DNA from: Bryobacterales bacterium
GTDB lineage: Bacteria; Acidobacteriota; Terriglobia; Bryobacterales; UBA6623
Length of the DNA: 64,000 nucleotides
Direction: 5' to 3'
NCBI GenBank assembly: GCA_965214655.1
Contig: OZ243965.1
Coordinates: forward strand, 2,916,048-2,980,047
Both the position numbers and the translations under genes were made by a program. Each line of letters begins with the position of its first letter. Within the stretch, counting starts at the first letter, position 1. Shown here in pieces: positions 19,809-29,269 of the stretch. The notes beneath the pieces were generated by a model. It was not told the DNA's origin, did no database searches, and was given only the letters and a program-made list of their open reading frames with translations.

Positions 19809-21560
19809 ATGGATTTAGCGGAGGATGCAGCCCGCCTCGAGCCTTCCTCCAAGGATACTCCCGTCGTTGTTGCGTTCATTCAGTCCAAGGAAGCCAAGCG
19901 GCCCGCAAGCGAAGTGCGGCAGCGCGCGCTCGCATGGTTTACGGATTGCTTGAGCATCGCTCTGCCTGCGGACGCCCGGTTCGGGAAAGACGTCAAGATC
20001 AAGGACGGAAACCGCCTTTTCCTCTCGACGTCCTCCGCTGCGGAGGATCAAGATATCTGGGCCTGCCGATTGAGCGATCCCATCGAGACGGGCGCGCAAA
20101 GCCGTCTGATTATGGAATCGGTCGTATGCTCTGCCGGCGGGCGCGTCACCCGCCTCGGTTTCCGGCTGCTGGCCGACACGCCGGACGGGGAATCCCCGCT
20201 GTTGTCGAGCGAACAGAGGTTGGCGGCGCCGCTTGCCTCTCTTTGCGACCTTTATTGCACGGTCGCGGAATCTTCTCCGCAATGCCGGATTGTCCGCTCG
20301 CAGAAGCAAGCCGACGATCTGGTCTCCGACCTGCTCGACCCGCGGAGGAATCGACCCATTATCGTATTGAGCACGCGGGGAAGGGCTGAGCGGGCCTCGG
20401 CGACAACCCTCGATTCCGCCGATCTGGCGAAAGCTGTCAACGGCCTTGCCCAAGTTTGCGTCGTGACGGCGCGCCAGACGTTTCAGTTGATGCATGGGAT
20501 AGGCAAACGCCTGGCGGTGTTCGATGGAGCGGTCCGGATGTACCTGCCCGGCCTGAAAAAAGATTCCGAACCTGCCCGTCACCGACTGCATCGCATGGAG
20601 GGCCGGCCGAGCGTGGAGCGGGCCGAGCGGATACGCTTCGCTCTCCAGCAACTGGCGGCCGAAGAGAGCAGCAGCCGCTATAGAGCGCAAGGCGGCGAGT
20701 GGTCGTATGCGCATGAGGCGGTTCGGAAGCAAGCGGCCGCGCTCGAAAGTCCGCCCGTTTGGTTGAGCGGGGAAGATTCCCGCGCGGAGGATCCGCCGGC
20801 GTCCGCGGGAAAAGAGCCGGAAAGTGCGCAACCGTTGCGGCAGACGACGCTCTCCCGACTCACTGCGCGCCTCTCGGTCGTCCTCGAAAGCGCGGGCGCT
20901 TTGTTCGGCAGGCGCGGGCTCCGCGCGGGAACGGAAATCGACGAGATACGCGGCAGGCTGGAGGTTGCGAACCGCGAGTTGGAAGAGTCCGCTGCCTTGC
21001 GGAAACGTCTCGAGGGCAAGCTCGAAGAGGCGCGCCGGAAGTTCCGGAAGCTCGAAAAAAGCCACAGGAGCGCCAAGAAGAAGTTGTGGCGGGCAACCGA
21101 AAAGCTCCGCGAGCTCGAGGGCGAATTGGCTGCGCTGCGGCCGCTGCCGCAATCGTGGGAGCGCATTGTTGCCTGGTGCGACGCGGATCTCCGCGGCAAG
21201 GCGATGCTTGCCCAGGCTGTCAGAAAGGCTCTTCCGCACGCGCAGTTCGAGAACGTGGAAACGGCTGCAAGAGGTCTGCGCTGGCTGGCGAACGAATACA
21301 GAGACTGCCGCATGAACGGAAGAGGAGACGATCTGCGAGGGCCGATTCCGGGCTTGGGCGGCGTTCGCAACGAACGCTGCGGCGCGGACAGCTTTCCGTT
21401 CGATTGGCAGGGCAGGCGCCGCACGGTCGAGTGGCATCTGAGGAAAGGCAACTCGCGCGATCCGCGGCATTGCCTGCGCATCTATTATTTTTGGGACGCG
21501 GCTCTGAAACAGGTTGTGGTTGCGTCGATGCCCGCACACAGGTCTTCTTCGTCGAGTTGA
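19809..21560 (+). CDS. large orphan protein with central coiled coil, function unknown
   Basis: 583 aa, coherent non-repetitive translation. Codon usage is visibly less GC3-biased than in neighbours (many gat, tta, gca, ttt, caa, gta, tct codons). A coiled-coil stretch EIDEIRGRLEVANRELEESAALRKRLEGKLEEARRKFRKLEKSHRSAKKKLWRATEKLRELEGELAALR lies at about 20935-21150. No Walker motif or other signature recognised. Confidence 0.65.
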   Translation: MDLAEDAARLEPSSKDTPVVVAFIQSKEAKRPASEVRQRALAWFTDCLSIALPADARFGKDVKIKDGNRLFLSTSSAAEDQDIWACRLSDPIETGAQSRLIMESVVCSAGGRVTRLGFRLLADTPDGESPLLSSEQRLAAPLASLCDLYCTVAESSPQCRIVRSQKQADDLVSDLLDPRRNRPIIVLSTRGRAERASATTLDSADLAKAVNGLAQVCVVTARQTFQLMHGIGKRLAVFDGAVRMYLPGLKKDSEPARHRLHRMEGRPSVERAERIRFALQQLAAEESSSRYRAQGGEWSYAHEAVRKQAAALESPPVWLSGEDSRAEDPPASAGKEPESAQPLRQTTLSRLTARLSVVLESAGALFGRRGLRAGTEIDEIRGRLEVANRELEESAALRKRLEGKLEEARRKFRKLEKSHRSAKKKLWRATEKLRELEGELAALRPLPQSWERIVAWCDADLRGKAMLAQAVRKALPHAQFENVETAARGLRWLANEYRDCRMNGRGDDLRGPIPGLGGVRNERCGADSFPFDWQGRRRTVEWHLRKGNSRDPRHCLRIYYFWDAALKQVVVASMPAHRSSSSS

Positions 21561-21621
21561 TGCCGCTGCCGGCATCCTGTGCGGATCGGGGCTTGTGCGG
21601 GCGGCTATACTTACAGCGAAG

Positions 21622-23625
21622 ATGATTCCGCGGGCGCTCGCGCTGCTGTTCTGGATGATGCCGGCCCTGTCGGCGGAGGTTGTCGGCATGCGCGTTCTGG
21701 AGCGGTCGCCGGTGCTGAACGGCGCCGCGTTCGGCGAGACCGGCTCCTACGAGCGGGTGATTGCGCAGGCGCGTTTCGAGGTCGATCCCGATGCCGCGGC
21801 CAACGCAGCCGTTGCCGATCTCAAGGCGGCGCCGCGGAACGCGCAAGGGCGCGTCGCGTTCTCCGCGGACGTTTTCATCCTCAAGCCGAGCGAACCGGAG
21901 CGGGGGTCGGGAACGATCCTGCTGGAAGTGTCGAACCGCGGCGGCAAGGGCTTGCTGCGCTTCAACCGCGCCGAGAGACCGGGGTCGCGCGATCCGCGGT
22001 CTGCGGAGGATTTCGGCGACGGTTTCCTTTTCAAGCGGGGCTATACGCTCGTCTGGGTGGGCTGGCAGTTCGATCTCGTGGAGCGGGAGGGCGCTTTGCG
22101 CCTGGAGGCGCCCCTCGCCCGGGGAGTGGAAGGTTGGACCCGCTCGCACTTCAGCCCGTCGACGCCGGCGGCGAGCTTCTCCGTTGCCGGACGCGGGCAC
22201 AGGCCCTATCCGGCCGCGGATTTGGCGGCCCCCGGCGCCAAGCTCATTGTCAGGGATTATCCCGACGGACCGGGCCGCGAGATTCCGCGCAAGCGCTGGC
22301 GGTTTCTGGATGCGCAGACGGTGGCGCTCGATGGAGGCTTCGCCGCGGGAAAGACCTACGACATCGTTTACCGCGCCAAAAATCCCGGGATTGCCGGTCT
22401 GGGCGCGGCGGCGATCCGCGATTTCGTTTCCCTGCTGAAGTTCGGCAGCGAGCGGGATCTGGGGGAATGGGGCAAGCTCCACGCCGATCTCGAGCATGCG
22501 CTCGCCTTCGGTTCCTCGCAAAGCGGGCGTTTTCTGCGCGCGTTCCTGTATGAGGGCTTCAATGCCGATGAGCGCGGGCGCCGCGTTTTCGACGGCGTCT
22601 GGCCGCATATCGCCGGCGCCGCGCGGGGGAGCTTCACCCACCGCTTCGCCCAGCCGACCCGTCAAGACCCCTATTACACGGTCGAAATATTCCCCTTCCG
22701 CGACTTGCCGGACAGAGATGCGCGCACCGCAGAAAGCGGCGGAATCCTTGTCCGCGCCGAAAAAGACAGCGTAACGCCGAAAGTCTTCTATACGCTGACG
22801 TCGAGCGAATACTGGAACCGCTCGGCCTCTCTGCTGCATACGACGCTGGACGGGAAAGCGGATGCGCCGTTGGCGGGATCGACGCGGGCGTACTATTTTG
22901 CCGGGGCGCAGCACGGTTCCGGGTCCGTGCCTCCGAGAGTTTCTGCGCAGTTGGCCTACCCGTTGAACGCTAATTCGTATGCGCCGCTGCTCAGAGCGCT
23001 CCTCGTCGGGTTGGAGGAATGGGTGACAAAAGGCCGCGAGCCGCCCCCGTCGAAGTATCCGGCTGCCGGCGAATTGACCGAGCTTGAGGGCTTGCGCTTC
23101 CCGAAACTTCCCGGCCCGGGGCCGCCGGGGCGTCAGCGCCAGGCGATGCGGCTCGACTTCGGGCCGGAGTTTCGGCGGAAAGGAATCATCGCCTTCCAAC
23201 CGCCCCGCGTGGTCGGCCCGCCGTATCCGGCCCGGCTTCCCCGGCTCGATCGAGACGGCAATGAATTGGGCGGCATCCGCCTGCCCGCGGTCGCTGCGCC
23301 CCTGGCGACGTTCACGGGCTGGAATCGGTTCCGGGAAAGCGTGTCCGCCGCGGACCACAACCCCGGAAACGCCGGCGCCACGATCCCCTTCGCCTGGACC
23401 AAGGCCGAACGCCTGAAGCGGGGCGATGCGCGGCTTTCGGTCGAGGAGCGTTACGCGGACCGCGAAGCGTACCGCAGGCAAGCCGCGGCGGCTGCCCGGG
23501 CGCTCGTTGGCGAGGGCTATTTGTTGGCGGAGGACGCCCCGATTGCGGCCGCGCACGCTCTTGCGCTGTGGGACTACCTGGAGAACGCCGCGGCCGGCCG
23601 CAACGGCGGAGGGAATGGCGAATGA
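21622..23625 (+). CDS. secreted hypothetical protein, alpha/beta-hydrolase-domain-like family
   Basis: Trimmed to the ATG at 21622 (MIPRALALLFWMMPALSAE signal). GTILLEVSNRGGKGLLRFN...DFGDGFLFKRGYTLVWVGWQFD resembles the conserved N-terminal region of the uncharacterised 'alpha/beta hydrolase domain-containing' family. This is recognition from memory only. Confidence 0.6.
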   Translation: MIPRALALLFWMMPALSAEVVGMRVLERSPVLNGAAFGETGSYERVIAQARFEVDPDAAANAAVADLKAAPRNAQGRVAFSADVFILKPSEPERGSGTILLEVSNRGGKGLLRFNRAERPGSRDPRSAEDFGDGFLFKRGYTLVWVGWQFDLVEREGALRLEAPLARGVEGWTRSHFSPSTPAASFSVAGRGHRPYPAADLAAPGAKLIVRDYPDGPGREIPRKRWRFLDAQTVALDGGFAAGKTYDIVYRAKNPGIAGLGAAAIRDFVSLLKFGSERDLGEWGKLHADLEHALAFGSSQSGRFLRAFLYEGFNADERGRRVFDGVWPHIAGAARGSFTHRFAQPTRQDPYYTVEIFPFRDLPDRDARTAESGGILVRAEKDSVTPKVFYTLTSSEYWNRSASLLHTTLDGKADAPLAGSTRAYYFAGAQHGSGSVPPRVSAQLAYPLNANSYAPLLRALLVGLEEWVTKGREPPPSKYPAAGELTELEGLRFPKLPGPGPPGRQRQAMRLDFGPEFRRKGIIAFQPPRVVGPPYPARLPRLDRDGNELGGIRLPAVAAPLATFTGWNRFRESVSAADHNPGNAGATIPFAWTKAERLKRGDARLSVEERYADREAYRRQAAAAARALVGEGYLLAEDAPIAAAHALALWDYLENAAAGRNGGGNGE

Positions 23626-24986
23626 AACCGATCGCGATGATTCTGCCGGCGCTGCTCGCCGCCTTTGCGTATGCCGCGCCGCCTCATCTGGTGATCTTTC
23701 TGGCCGACGACCTCGGGGGGCTGGACACGTCCGTTTACGGCTCCGCAGACGCGCGCACGCCCAACCTCGAGCGCTTGGCGGCGATGGGCATGACCTTCGA
23801 GAACGCCTTCGTGGCCTCGCCGGCCTGCGCGCCGAGCCGGGCGGCGCTGCTGACCGGACTGATGCCGGCGCGCAACGGAGCCGAGGCGAACCATACCTAC
23901 CCCAAACAGGGCGTTCCGTTCCTGACCGCCGCGCTGAAACGCCTGGGTTACGAAATCGCCTCCTTCGGCAAAGTCGCCCACGGCGAGAACAAGCCCGAAT
24001 ACGGGTTCGACCACTATTCCCGACCGCGCGTGAACCTCGCGGATCATGCCGCCGAATACTTCGCGCAGCGCCGCTCCGCCGCTCCTCTCTGCCTGCTGGT
24101 CGGGGACCGCCGGCCCCACGTGCCCTGGACCGCGGAGAACGTCTACGACCCGGACGAGGTCGGCCTGCCCCCGTATTTCATCGACTCGCGCGAAACCCGC
24201 GAGCACCGCGCGCGCTACTTCTCGGATATCACGGGCCTCGACGAAGAGTTGGGCAAGATCATGGACCTGGCTCAAAAGAGGCTGGGCGAAAACATCGTCT
24301 TCGTATTCAGCAGCGATCACGGCGGGCAGTGGCCGTTCGGCAAGTGGAACCTCTACGACGCCGGCATTCGCGTGCCGCTGATCGTGGCCTGGCCGGGGAA
24401 AATCGAACCGGGCGCGCGCACCGGCGCCTTGGTGAGCTGGGTCGATATCTTGCCGACGCTGATCGATTTGGCCGGCGGAGAAGCGCCGAAGAATGCGGAC
24501 GGGCGTTCGTTTGCCGGCGTTCTCCGCGGCCAAAGCCCGGACCATCGATCGCAAATTTTCACGACGCACAGCGGCGACGGCGTCTACAACGTTTACCCCA
24601 TCCGCAGCATCCGCACCGAACGGTTCAAATACATCCGCAATCTCCTGCCCGGCCACTACCACACGAATCATTCGGACATCCTGCGCAAGGACGGCGCGGG
24701 CGCATACTGGCATTCCTGGGACAAGGCGGCGGAGGCCGACCCCGAGGCGGCCCGGATCGTCGGCCGCTATTACGCGCGGCCGGCCGAGGAGCTCTACGAT
24801 CTTCAAGCCGACCCTCTGGAACAAAACAACCTCGCGGCGCATGCGGATTACGCGGAGCGGTTGCACGATCTGAGTGGGCGGCTCGATCGCTGGATGGAGG
24901 AGCAAGACGATCGGCAGACGGTATTCAACACTCCCTACCCGGCGTCGGGGCCGAAGCCGACGGCGGAAACCGTCGGCCGAAAATAA
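23622..24986 (+). CDS. sulfatase (formylglycine-dependent, arylsulfatase family)
   Basis: ATG at 23622 overlaps the upstream stop (ATGA). Signal peptide MKPIAMILPALLAAFAYA. LADDLGGLD....TPNLERLAAMGMTFENAFVASPACAPSRAALLTGL contains the C-x-P-x-R FGly motif. Confidence 0.92.
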   Translation: MKPIAMILPALLAAFAYAAPPHLVIFLADDLGGLDTSVYGSADARTPNLERLAAMGMTFENAFVASPACAPSRAALLTGLMPARNGAEANHTYPKQGVPFLTAALKRLGYEIASFGKVAHGENKPEYGFDHYSRPRVNLADHAAEYFAQRRSAAPLCLLVGDRRPHVPWTAENVYDPDEVGLPPYFIDSRETREHRARYFSDITGLDEELGKIMDLAQKRLGENIVFVFSSDHGGQWPFGKWNLYDAGIRVPLIVAWPGKIEPGARTGALVSWVDILPTLIDLAGGEAPKNADGRSFAGVLRGQSPDHRSQIFTTHSGDGVYNVYPIRSIRTERFKYIRNLLPGHYHTNHSDILRKDGAGAYWHSWDKAAEADPEAARIVGRYYARPAEELYDLQADPLEQNNLAAHADYAERLHDLSGRLDRWMEEQDDRQTVFNTPYPASGPKPTAETVGRK

Positions 24987-25045
24987 GGTCTCAGGTTGCT
25001 TGCCGCCGGCGGCCAATGTGATACCGTGATACCGGGTTTGGCGCG

Positions 25046-26380
25046 ATGACGAAGAATTGGCGGATTTCCCGGCGGACGATGCTGCGCGGCATGGGCGCGG
25101 CAATGGCTTTGCCGCTGCTCGATATCATGGAGCCCGCAGCCCAGGGCGCGGCGCGGCTGTCCGCCGCCCTGCCGCCCCGGCGCTTGGCCTGCGTCTTTCA
25201 GCCCAACGGCGTTTTCCCTCCGGCCTGGAACGTCGAGGGCGCAGGCCGCAATTGGAAGCTCTCGCCCATTCTCGAGCCGCTGGCGCCGGTCAAGAGCGAG
25301 ATCACTTACGTCTCGGGTCTTTGTTCCAAGGTCAAAGGCCACGTCCGCGCGACCTCGTCGTTTCTGACCGGCGCGCCGCTCGACATGACGGCCAGTTCGT
25401 CGTCGGTCGTCGACCCCGACATCGGCATCTCGCTCGACCAGTTGGCCGCCGAAAAGCTGGGCGGCGAGACGAAGCTGCGCTCCATCGAGCTGGGCACCGA
25501 GCCGCCGCGCTCGGGCGGCGAGAGCGGCTTGGCCATTTCGTTCGCCTCGACCGTTTCCTGGCGGCGCGGCGGCGGCAAGGTCGATCCGGAAATCAATCCC
25601 CAGGCAGCCTTCGACCGTTTGTTCGCGGAGACCCGCAAAACCCGGCAGCAGCTTCTCGACGACCGCAGCCTGCTTGACCGTGTGCTGGAAGAAGCGCGCG
25701 CCCTGCGCAAAAAGGCGAGCGGCAACGACCGCCGCAAGCTCGACGAGTACTTGAGCGCGGTGCGCGACGTGGAAAAACGCATCCAGGATTCGCTCCATGA
25801 GCCGCAAGAGGCCAAGTGGAGTCCTCCGACCGGCCCCAAGTTGGTTCGCCCCCAGGACGCTCTGCCCCAACGCCGCGACGAGCACTTGCGGACGATGATC
25901 GATCTGCTGGTTCTCGGTCTCTGGACCGATGCGACGCGCGTCGCCACCCTGATGACGGCGCACGGCTTCAGCCGCCAGAACTTCAGCTTCCTGGAAGGCG
26001 TCCAAGGCGACCACCATACGCTCTCGCACCATAAGTTCGACGAGACGCTGACCGTCCCTTACACGAAGGTGAGCCGCTGGTACATCTCCATGTTCGCCTA
26101 CATGCTGGAGAAAATGCGGGCGGTCGACGACGGCAACGGATCGACCCTGCTCGACAACTCGATCGTGCTCTACGGATCGGGCCTCAAAGACGGTAACAAG
26201 CACATTACGACCGACCTGCCGATTCTGCTGGCCGGCCGCGGCCGGGGCGCGCTGGAGCCCGGCGGCCGCATCGACCTGGAAGAAACTCCGCTCGCCAATC
26301 TCCATCTGACCCTGGCCAACAAGATGGGCCTGGGCATCGAGCGCTTCAGTAACAGCAGCGGCGAAATCGGCGTCCTGTAA
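25046..26380 (+). CDS. DUF1552 domain-containing protein (Tat signal)
   Basis: MTKNWRISRRTMLRGMGAAMALPLLD is the characteristic DUF1552 N-terminus. ...SHHKFDE.. and LYGSGLKDGNKHITTDLPILLAG.. are also typical. Confidence 0.85.
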   Translation: MTKNWRISRRTMLRGMGAAMALPLLDIMEPAAQGAARLSAALPPRRLACVFQPNGVFPPAWNVEGAGRNWKLSPILEPLAPVKSEITYVSGLCSKVKGHVRATSSFLTGAPLDMTASSSSVVDPDIGISLDQLAAEKLGGETKLRSIELGTEPPRSGGESGLAISFASTVSWRRGGGKVDPEINPQAAFDRLFAETRKTRQQLLDDRSLLDRVLEEARALRKKASGNDRRKLDEYLSAVRDVEKRIQDSLHEPQEAKWSPPTGPKLVRPQDALPQRRDEHLRTMIDLLVLGLWTDATRVATLMTAHGFSRQNFSFLEGVQGDHHTLSHHKFDETLTVPYTKVSRWYISMFAYMLEKMRAVDDGNGSTLLDNSIVLYGSGLKDGNKHITTDLPILLAGRGRGALEPGGRIDLEETPLANLHLTLANKMGLGIERFSNSSGEIGVL

Positions 26381-26395
26381 CGCCAGCGGCTCGCT

Positions 26396-27250
26396 TCAGG
26401 CGTAAAGCCAGCCGGGGTAGCGCTGCGTCACGGGCCCGGTTTTTCTGCCGACGGCATGGATGCAGGCATCGCGGAGCTGCGTCGAGAAGCCTTCCCGAAG
26501 TAAGAGCTCTCGGGCCGCGCCGTGGTCTTCGCCGATCTCGAAGCCGTAGGGGCCGGTTTCCAGCCGCTCGACAACGAACCCCGCAGCCTCGAACAGCTTG
26601 CGCACTTCCTCGGGCGTGTACTCGCGGGCGTGCCGCGGCTCTACCGTATTGCCGCCCTTGAGGGCCGTGTATTGAGAATACAATCCCGGGTGATCGCCGC
26701 GCAGGACTGCCGCGACGGAGCGCAGGGCGCAGATATTCGGCGTGCTCAGCACCAGGCGGCCGCCCAGCCGCAGGATGCGGTTGATTTCCGCCGCCATGTG
26801 CATGGGGTCTTCCGCGAGATGCTCCAGCAACTCGCAGCAAACGACGGCGGCAAAGCGGCCGTCGGCATAGGGGTAGCGGTCGCGCTCGGCGTTGAAGAGG
26901 TCGATAGAACAGGAAAACGACGCCCCTGTCGTCGAGTTCACGGTCTTGGCGTCGGTCTCGCCGAGCGGCCCGAGATAGCAGCCGCGAACTTCGTTGTAGT
27001 CGAGGACGTTCTTCAGAGCCGGGGTGATTTGCATGTAGGCGCCCATTTCGAGCACGCTGTCGCCGGCGCCGCCCGGCGGGGTGATTTCGAGCGTTCGGAC
27101 CATGCGCTCGATATGCTCTTTTGCATATTCGAGGCCGTCGGGGGATTCCGCGCAGAAGCTGAGGATGTATTCGGCAAGCGCGGGAGTCGGAGCGTCCGAC
27201 AGCCGGATGCGGCGGCGGAAGCCTCTCAGAAATCGCTTCAAGCTTGCCAT
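26396..27250 (-). CDS. class I SAM-dependent methyltransferase
   Basis: Trimmed to the ATG at 27250 (MASLKRFLRG...). VLEMGAYMQ.., FAAVVCCELLEHLAEDPMHMAAEINRILRLGGRLVLSTPN is a Methyltransf_11-like motif set. The 5' extension of the track ORF would run into the next gene. Confidence 0.75.
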   Translation of the reverse strand: MASLKRFLRGFRRRIRLSDAPTPALAEYILSFCAESPDGLEYAKEHIERMVRTLEITPPGGAGDSVLEMGAYMQITPALKNVLDYNEVRGCYLGPLGETDAKTVNSTTGASFSCSIDLFNAERDRYPYADGRFAAVVCCELLEHLAEDPMHMAAEINRILRLGGRLVLSTPNICALRSVAAVLRGDHPGLYSQYTALKGGNTVEPRHAREYTPEEVRKLFEAAGFVVERLETGPYGFEIGEDHGAARELLLREGFSTQLRDACIHAVGRKTGPVTQRYPGWLYA

Positions 27251-27305
27251 GACGCCGACTCTCAAGACTGTCAGAGAGGCGAACGAACAAGCAACCCGCG
27301 CGCCG

Positions 27306-28349
27306 CTACAAGCTGCCGATAATCCTTTCGCCCATCTCGGCGGTCGAAAGCTCCCCGCCGATATCCCGCGTTCGATTGTGCGGGTTGCGCAAAGTTTTCG
27401 CCACGGCGCAGCGGACGGCATGGCCCTCTGCTTCGCGCCCCAGCCAGTCCAGCATCATCGCCGCCGAAAGAACCGCCGCGATCGGATTGGCGGCGCCCTG
27501 CCCGGCGATATCCGGCGCCGAGCCGTGAGACGGTTGGAAAACCGCATGGCGCTCTCCGATGTCGGCCGAAGGGGCCATGCCCATCCCGCCGGCGATTCCC
27601 GCCGCCAGGTCGGACAGAATGTCGCCGAACATGTTCTCCGTAACGATCACGTCGAACGCCTGCGGGCGCTGCACCAGGTACAACGCCGCGGCGTCGACAT
27701 AGACGCGTTCCGCCTCGATATCCGGGTATTCGGCCGCAACCTCATCGAAGACCGCCCGGAAATAGGCCATCGCCGGCAAAACGTTCGCCTTGTCGACGAG
27801 CGTCACTTTCCTGCGCCGCCGCCGCGCCTCCTCGAACGCCGCGCGGGCAATCCGCTGCGCGCCCTTGCGCGAGATGCGCATGGCGTTGGCGACCCATTCC
27901 GCTTGCGGGTCGCAATCGGCGTTGCGGTCCCAAAAAAGCCCTTCGGTGTTTTCTCGAACGATCAGGAGATCGATATCGCCCGCTCCGTATCCTTGCAACG
28001 GCGTCAGCGATTGGTGATAAAGCCGAATCGGACGCAGCCCTTTATAGAGATCGAGCTTTTCCCGCAAATCGAGCTGGGGCGACATCTCGACGCCGTCCGC
28101 GCGGCGCACCTCCGGCAGCCCCATCGCCCCCAGCAGAATCGCGTCGTACGCTCGAACCGCTTGCAACGTCTCCTGCGGCAGAGGGTCGCCGGACAGCAGA
28201 TATTCGCCCGCGCCCGCCGAAAACTCATCGAAGCAAAACACCAAATCGTCGGACTGCGCTTCGAGCGCTTGCAGCGTCTTGACCGCCTCGGCGGTCACCT
28301 CTCGGCCGATGCCGTCCCCCGGCAACAGCGCAATCCGCAATTGACTCAT
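27306..28349 (-). CDS. isocitrate/isopropylmalate dehydrogenase family enzyme (3-isopropylmalate or tartrate/D-malate dehydrogenase-like)
   Basis: 347 aa. [50 protein letters not shown] and [15 protein letters not shown] are family signatures. It is not in a leu operon context, so the substrate is left open. Confidence 0.88.
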   Translation of the reverse strand: MSQLRIALLPGDGIGREVTAEAVKTLQALEAQSDDLVFCFDEFSAGAGEYLLSGDPLPQETLQAVRAYDAILLGAMGLPEVRRADGVEMSPQLDLREKLDLYKGLRPIRLYHQSLTPLQGYGAGDIDLLIVRENTEGLFWDRNADCDPQAEWVANAMRISRKGAQRIARAAFEEARRRRRKVTLVDKANVLPAMAYFRAVFDEVAAEYPDIEAERVYVDAAALYLVQRPQAFDVIVTENMFGDILSDLAAGIAGGMGMAPSADIGERHAVFQPSHGSAPDIAGQGAANPIAAVLSAAMMLDWLGREAEGHAVRCAVAKTLRNPHNRTRDIGGELSTAEMGERIIGSL

Positions 28350-28375
28350 GATTCCGCCTAAACTAGCAGGGTAAT

Positions 28376-29227
28376 ATGACAGGCATGAATAACGCGGTCG
28401 GGGGGCTGGACATCGACCGGGCCGTCGCCGAATTGTCCACGGGCCGGGGGTATTTGCTGTTCGAGAACTTCTTCCCCGGAGAGCTGATCGACGAGGCGCG
28501 CCGGCTGACCTATCGACTGGCGGGCAGCGAGCCCGTCCGCACGTCGCACTTTCACGGCGACGAAAGCGAAACCGCCCAAAAGCGCGTCTGGAATCTTCCG
28601 GCCAAGGGCGAAGCGTTTCGCCGCCTGTGTTCGGACGAGCGCGTCCTGCAGATCATGGCTCCGCTGCTCGGCGACGATCTCATGCTGAGCTCGTTCGCGG
28701 CCAACATTCTCTACCCCGGCGCCCCGGCGCAAGAGTGCCACGTGGACTATCCCTACTGGGACCTGCATGCCCGCAACCGCTGGCCGCGCACGCTGAACGC
28801 GAGTTTCTTCCTGGCCGTCGAAACGGTCGTCACGCTGGACGATTTCACCGTAGAGAACGGCGCGACGGCCATTGTCCCGGGCAGCCAGAAACTCGCCGCA
28901 TGGCCCGACTCCGAGCGCTTCGCCGCCGAAAGCATCCGTCTCGCGACTCCCGCCGGTTCGCTGTTCCTGTTTCCCGCTCTGCTCTGGCACGCCGGCCAGG
29001 CCAACCGCTCGCGGGGCTCCCGCGCCGCCTTGCTGGGATCGTACGCCTGCAAATCCATCAAGCCCATCGAAGACTGGAGCCGCTGCATCGACCCCGACGA
29101 GGCAAAAGGCTACGGCGGCCGCATGCGCGCGCTGCTCGGCCTCGATTACGCCTACCCCGCCGTGATGGACGCGCTGCCGGCGCGCAGCTCCGAAGGCAGG
29201 CGCAGCCGAAAAGCGATCAACGATTAG
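28376..29227 (+). CDS. phytanoyl-CoA dioxygenase (PhyH) family Fe(II)/2-oxoglutarate oxygenase
   Basis: 283 aa. HVDYPYWD (the H-x-D facial triad) and the distal ..LWHAGQANRS.. His/Arg, characteristic of PhyH-family enzymes. Confidence 0.8.
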   Translation: MTGMNNAVGGLDIDRAVAELSTGRGYLLFENFFPGELIDEARRLTYRLAGSEPVRTSHFHGDESETAQKRVWNLPAKGEAFRRLCSDERVLQIMAPLLGDDLMLSSFAANILYPGAPAQECHVDYPYWDLHARNRWPRTLNASFFLAVETVVTLDDFTVENGATAIVPGSQKLAAWPDSERFAAESIRLATPAGSLFLFPALLWHAGQANRSRGSRAALLGSYACKSIKPIEDWSRCIDPDEAKGYGGRMRALLGLDYAYPAVMDALPARSSEGRRSRKAIND

Positions 29228-29269
29228 TTTTTTCTTGCCGGCCGATCGTTCGTGCTAAGCTTGAACCTC

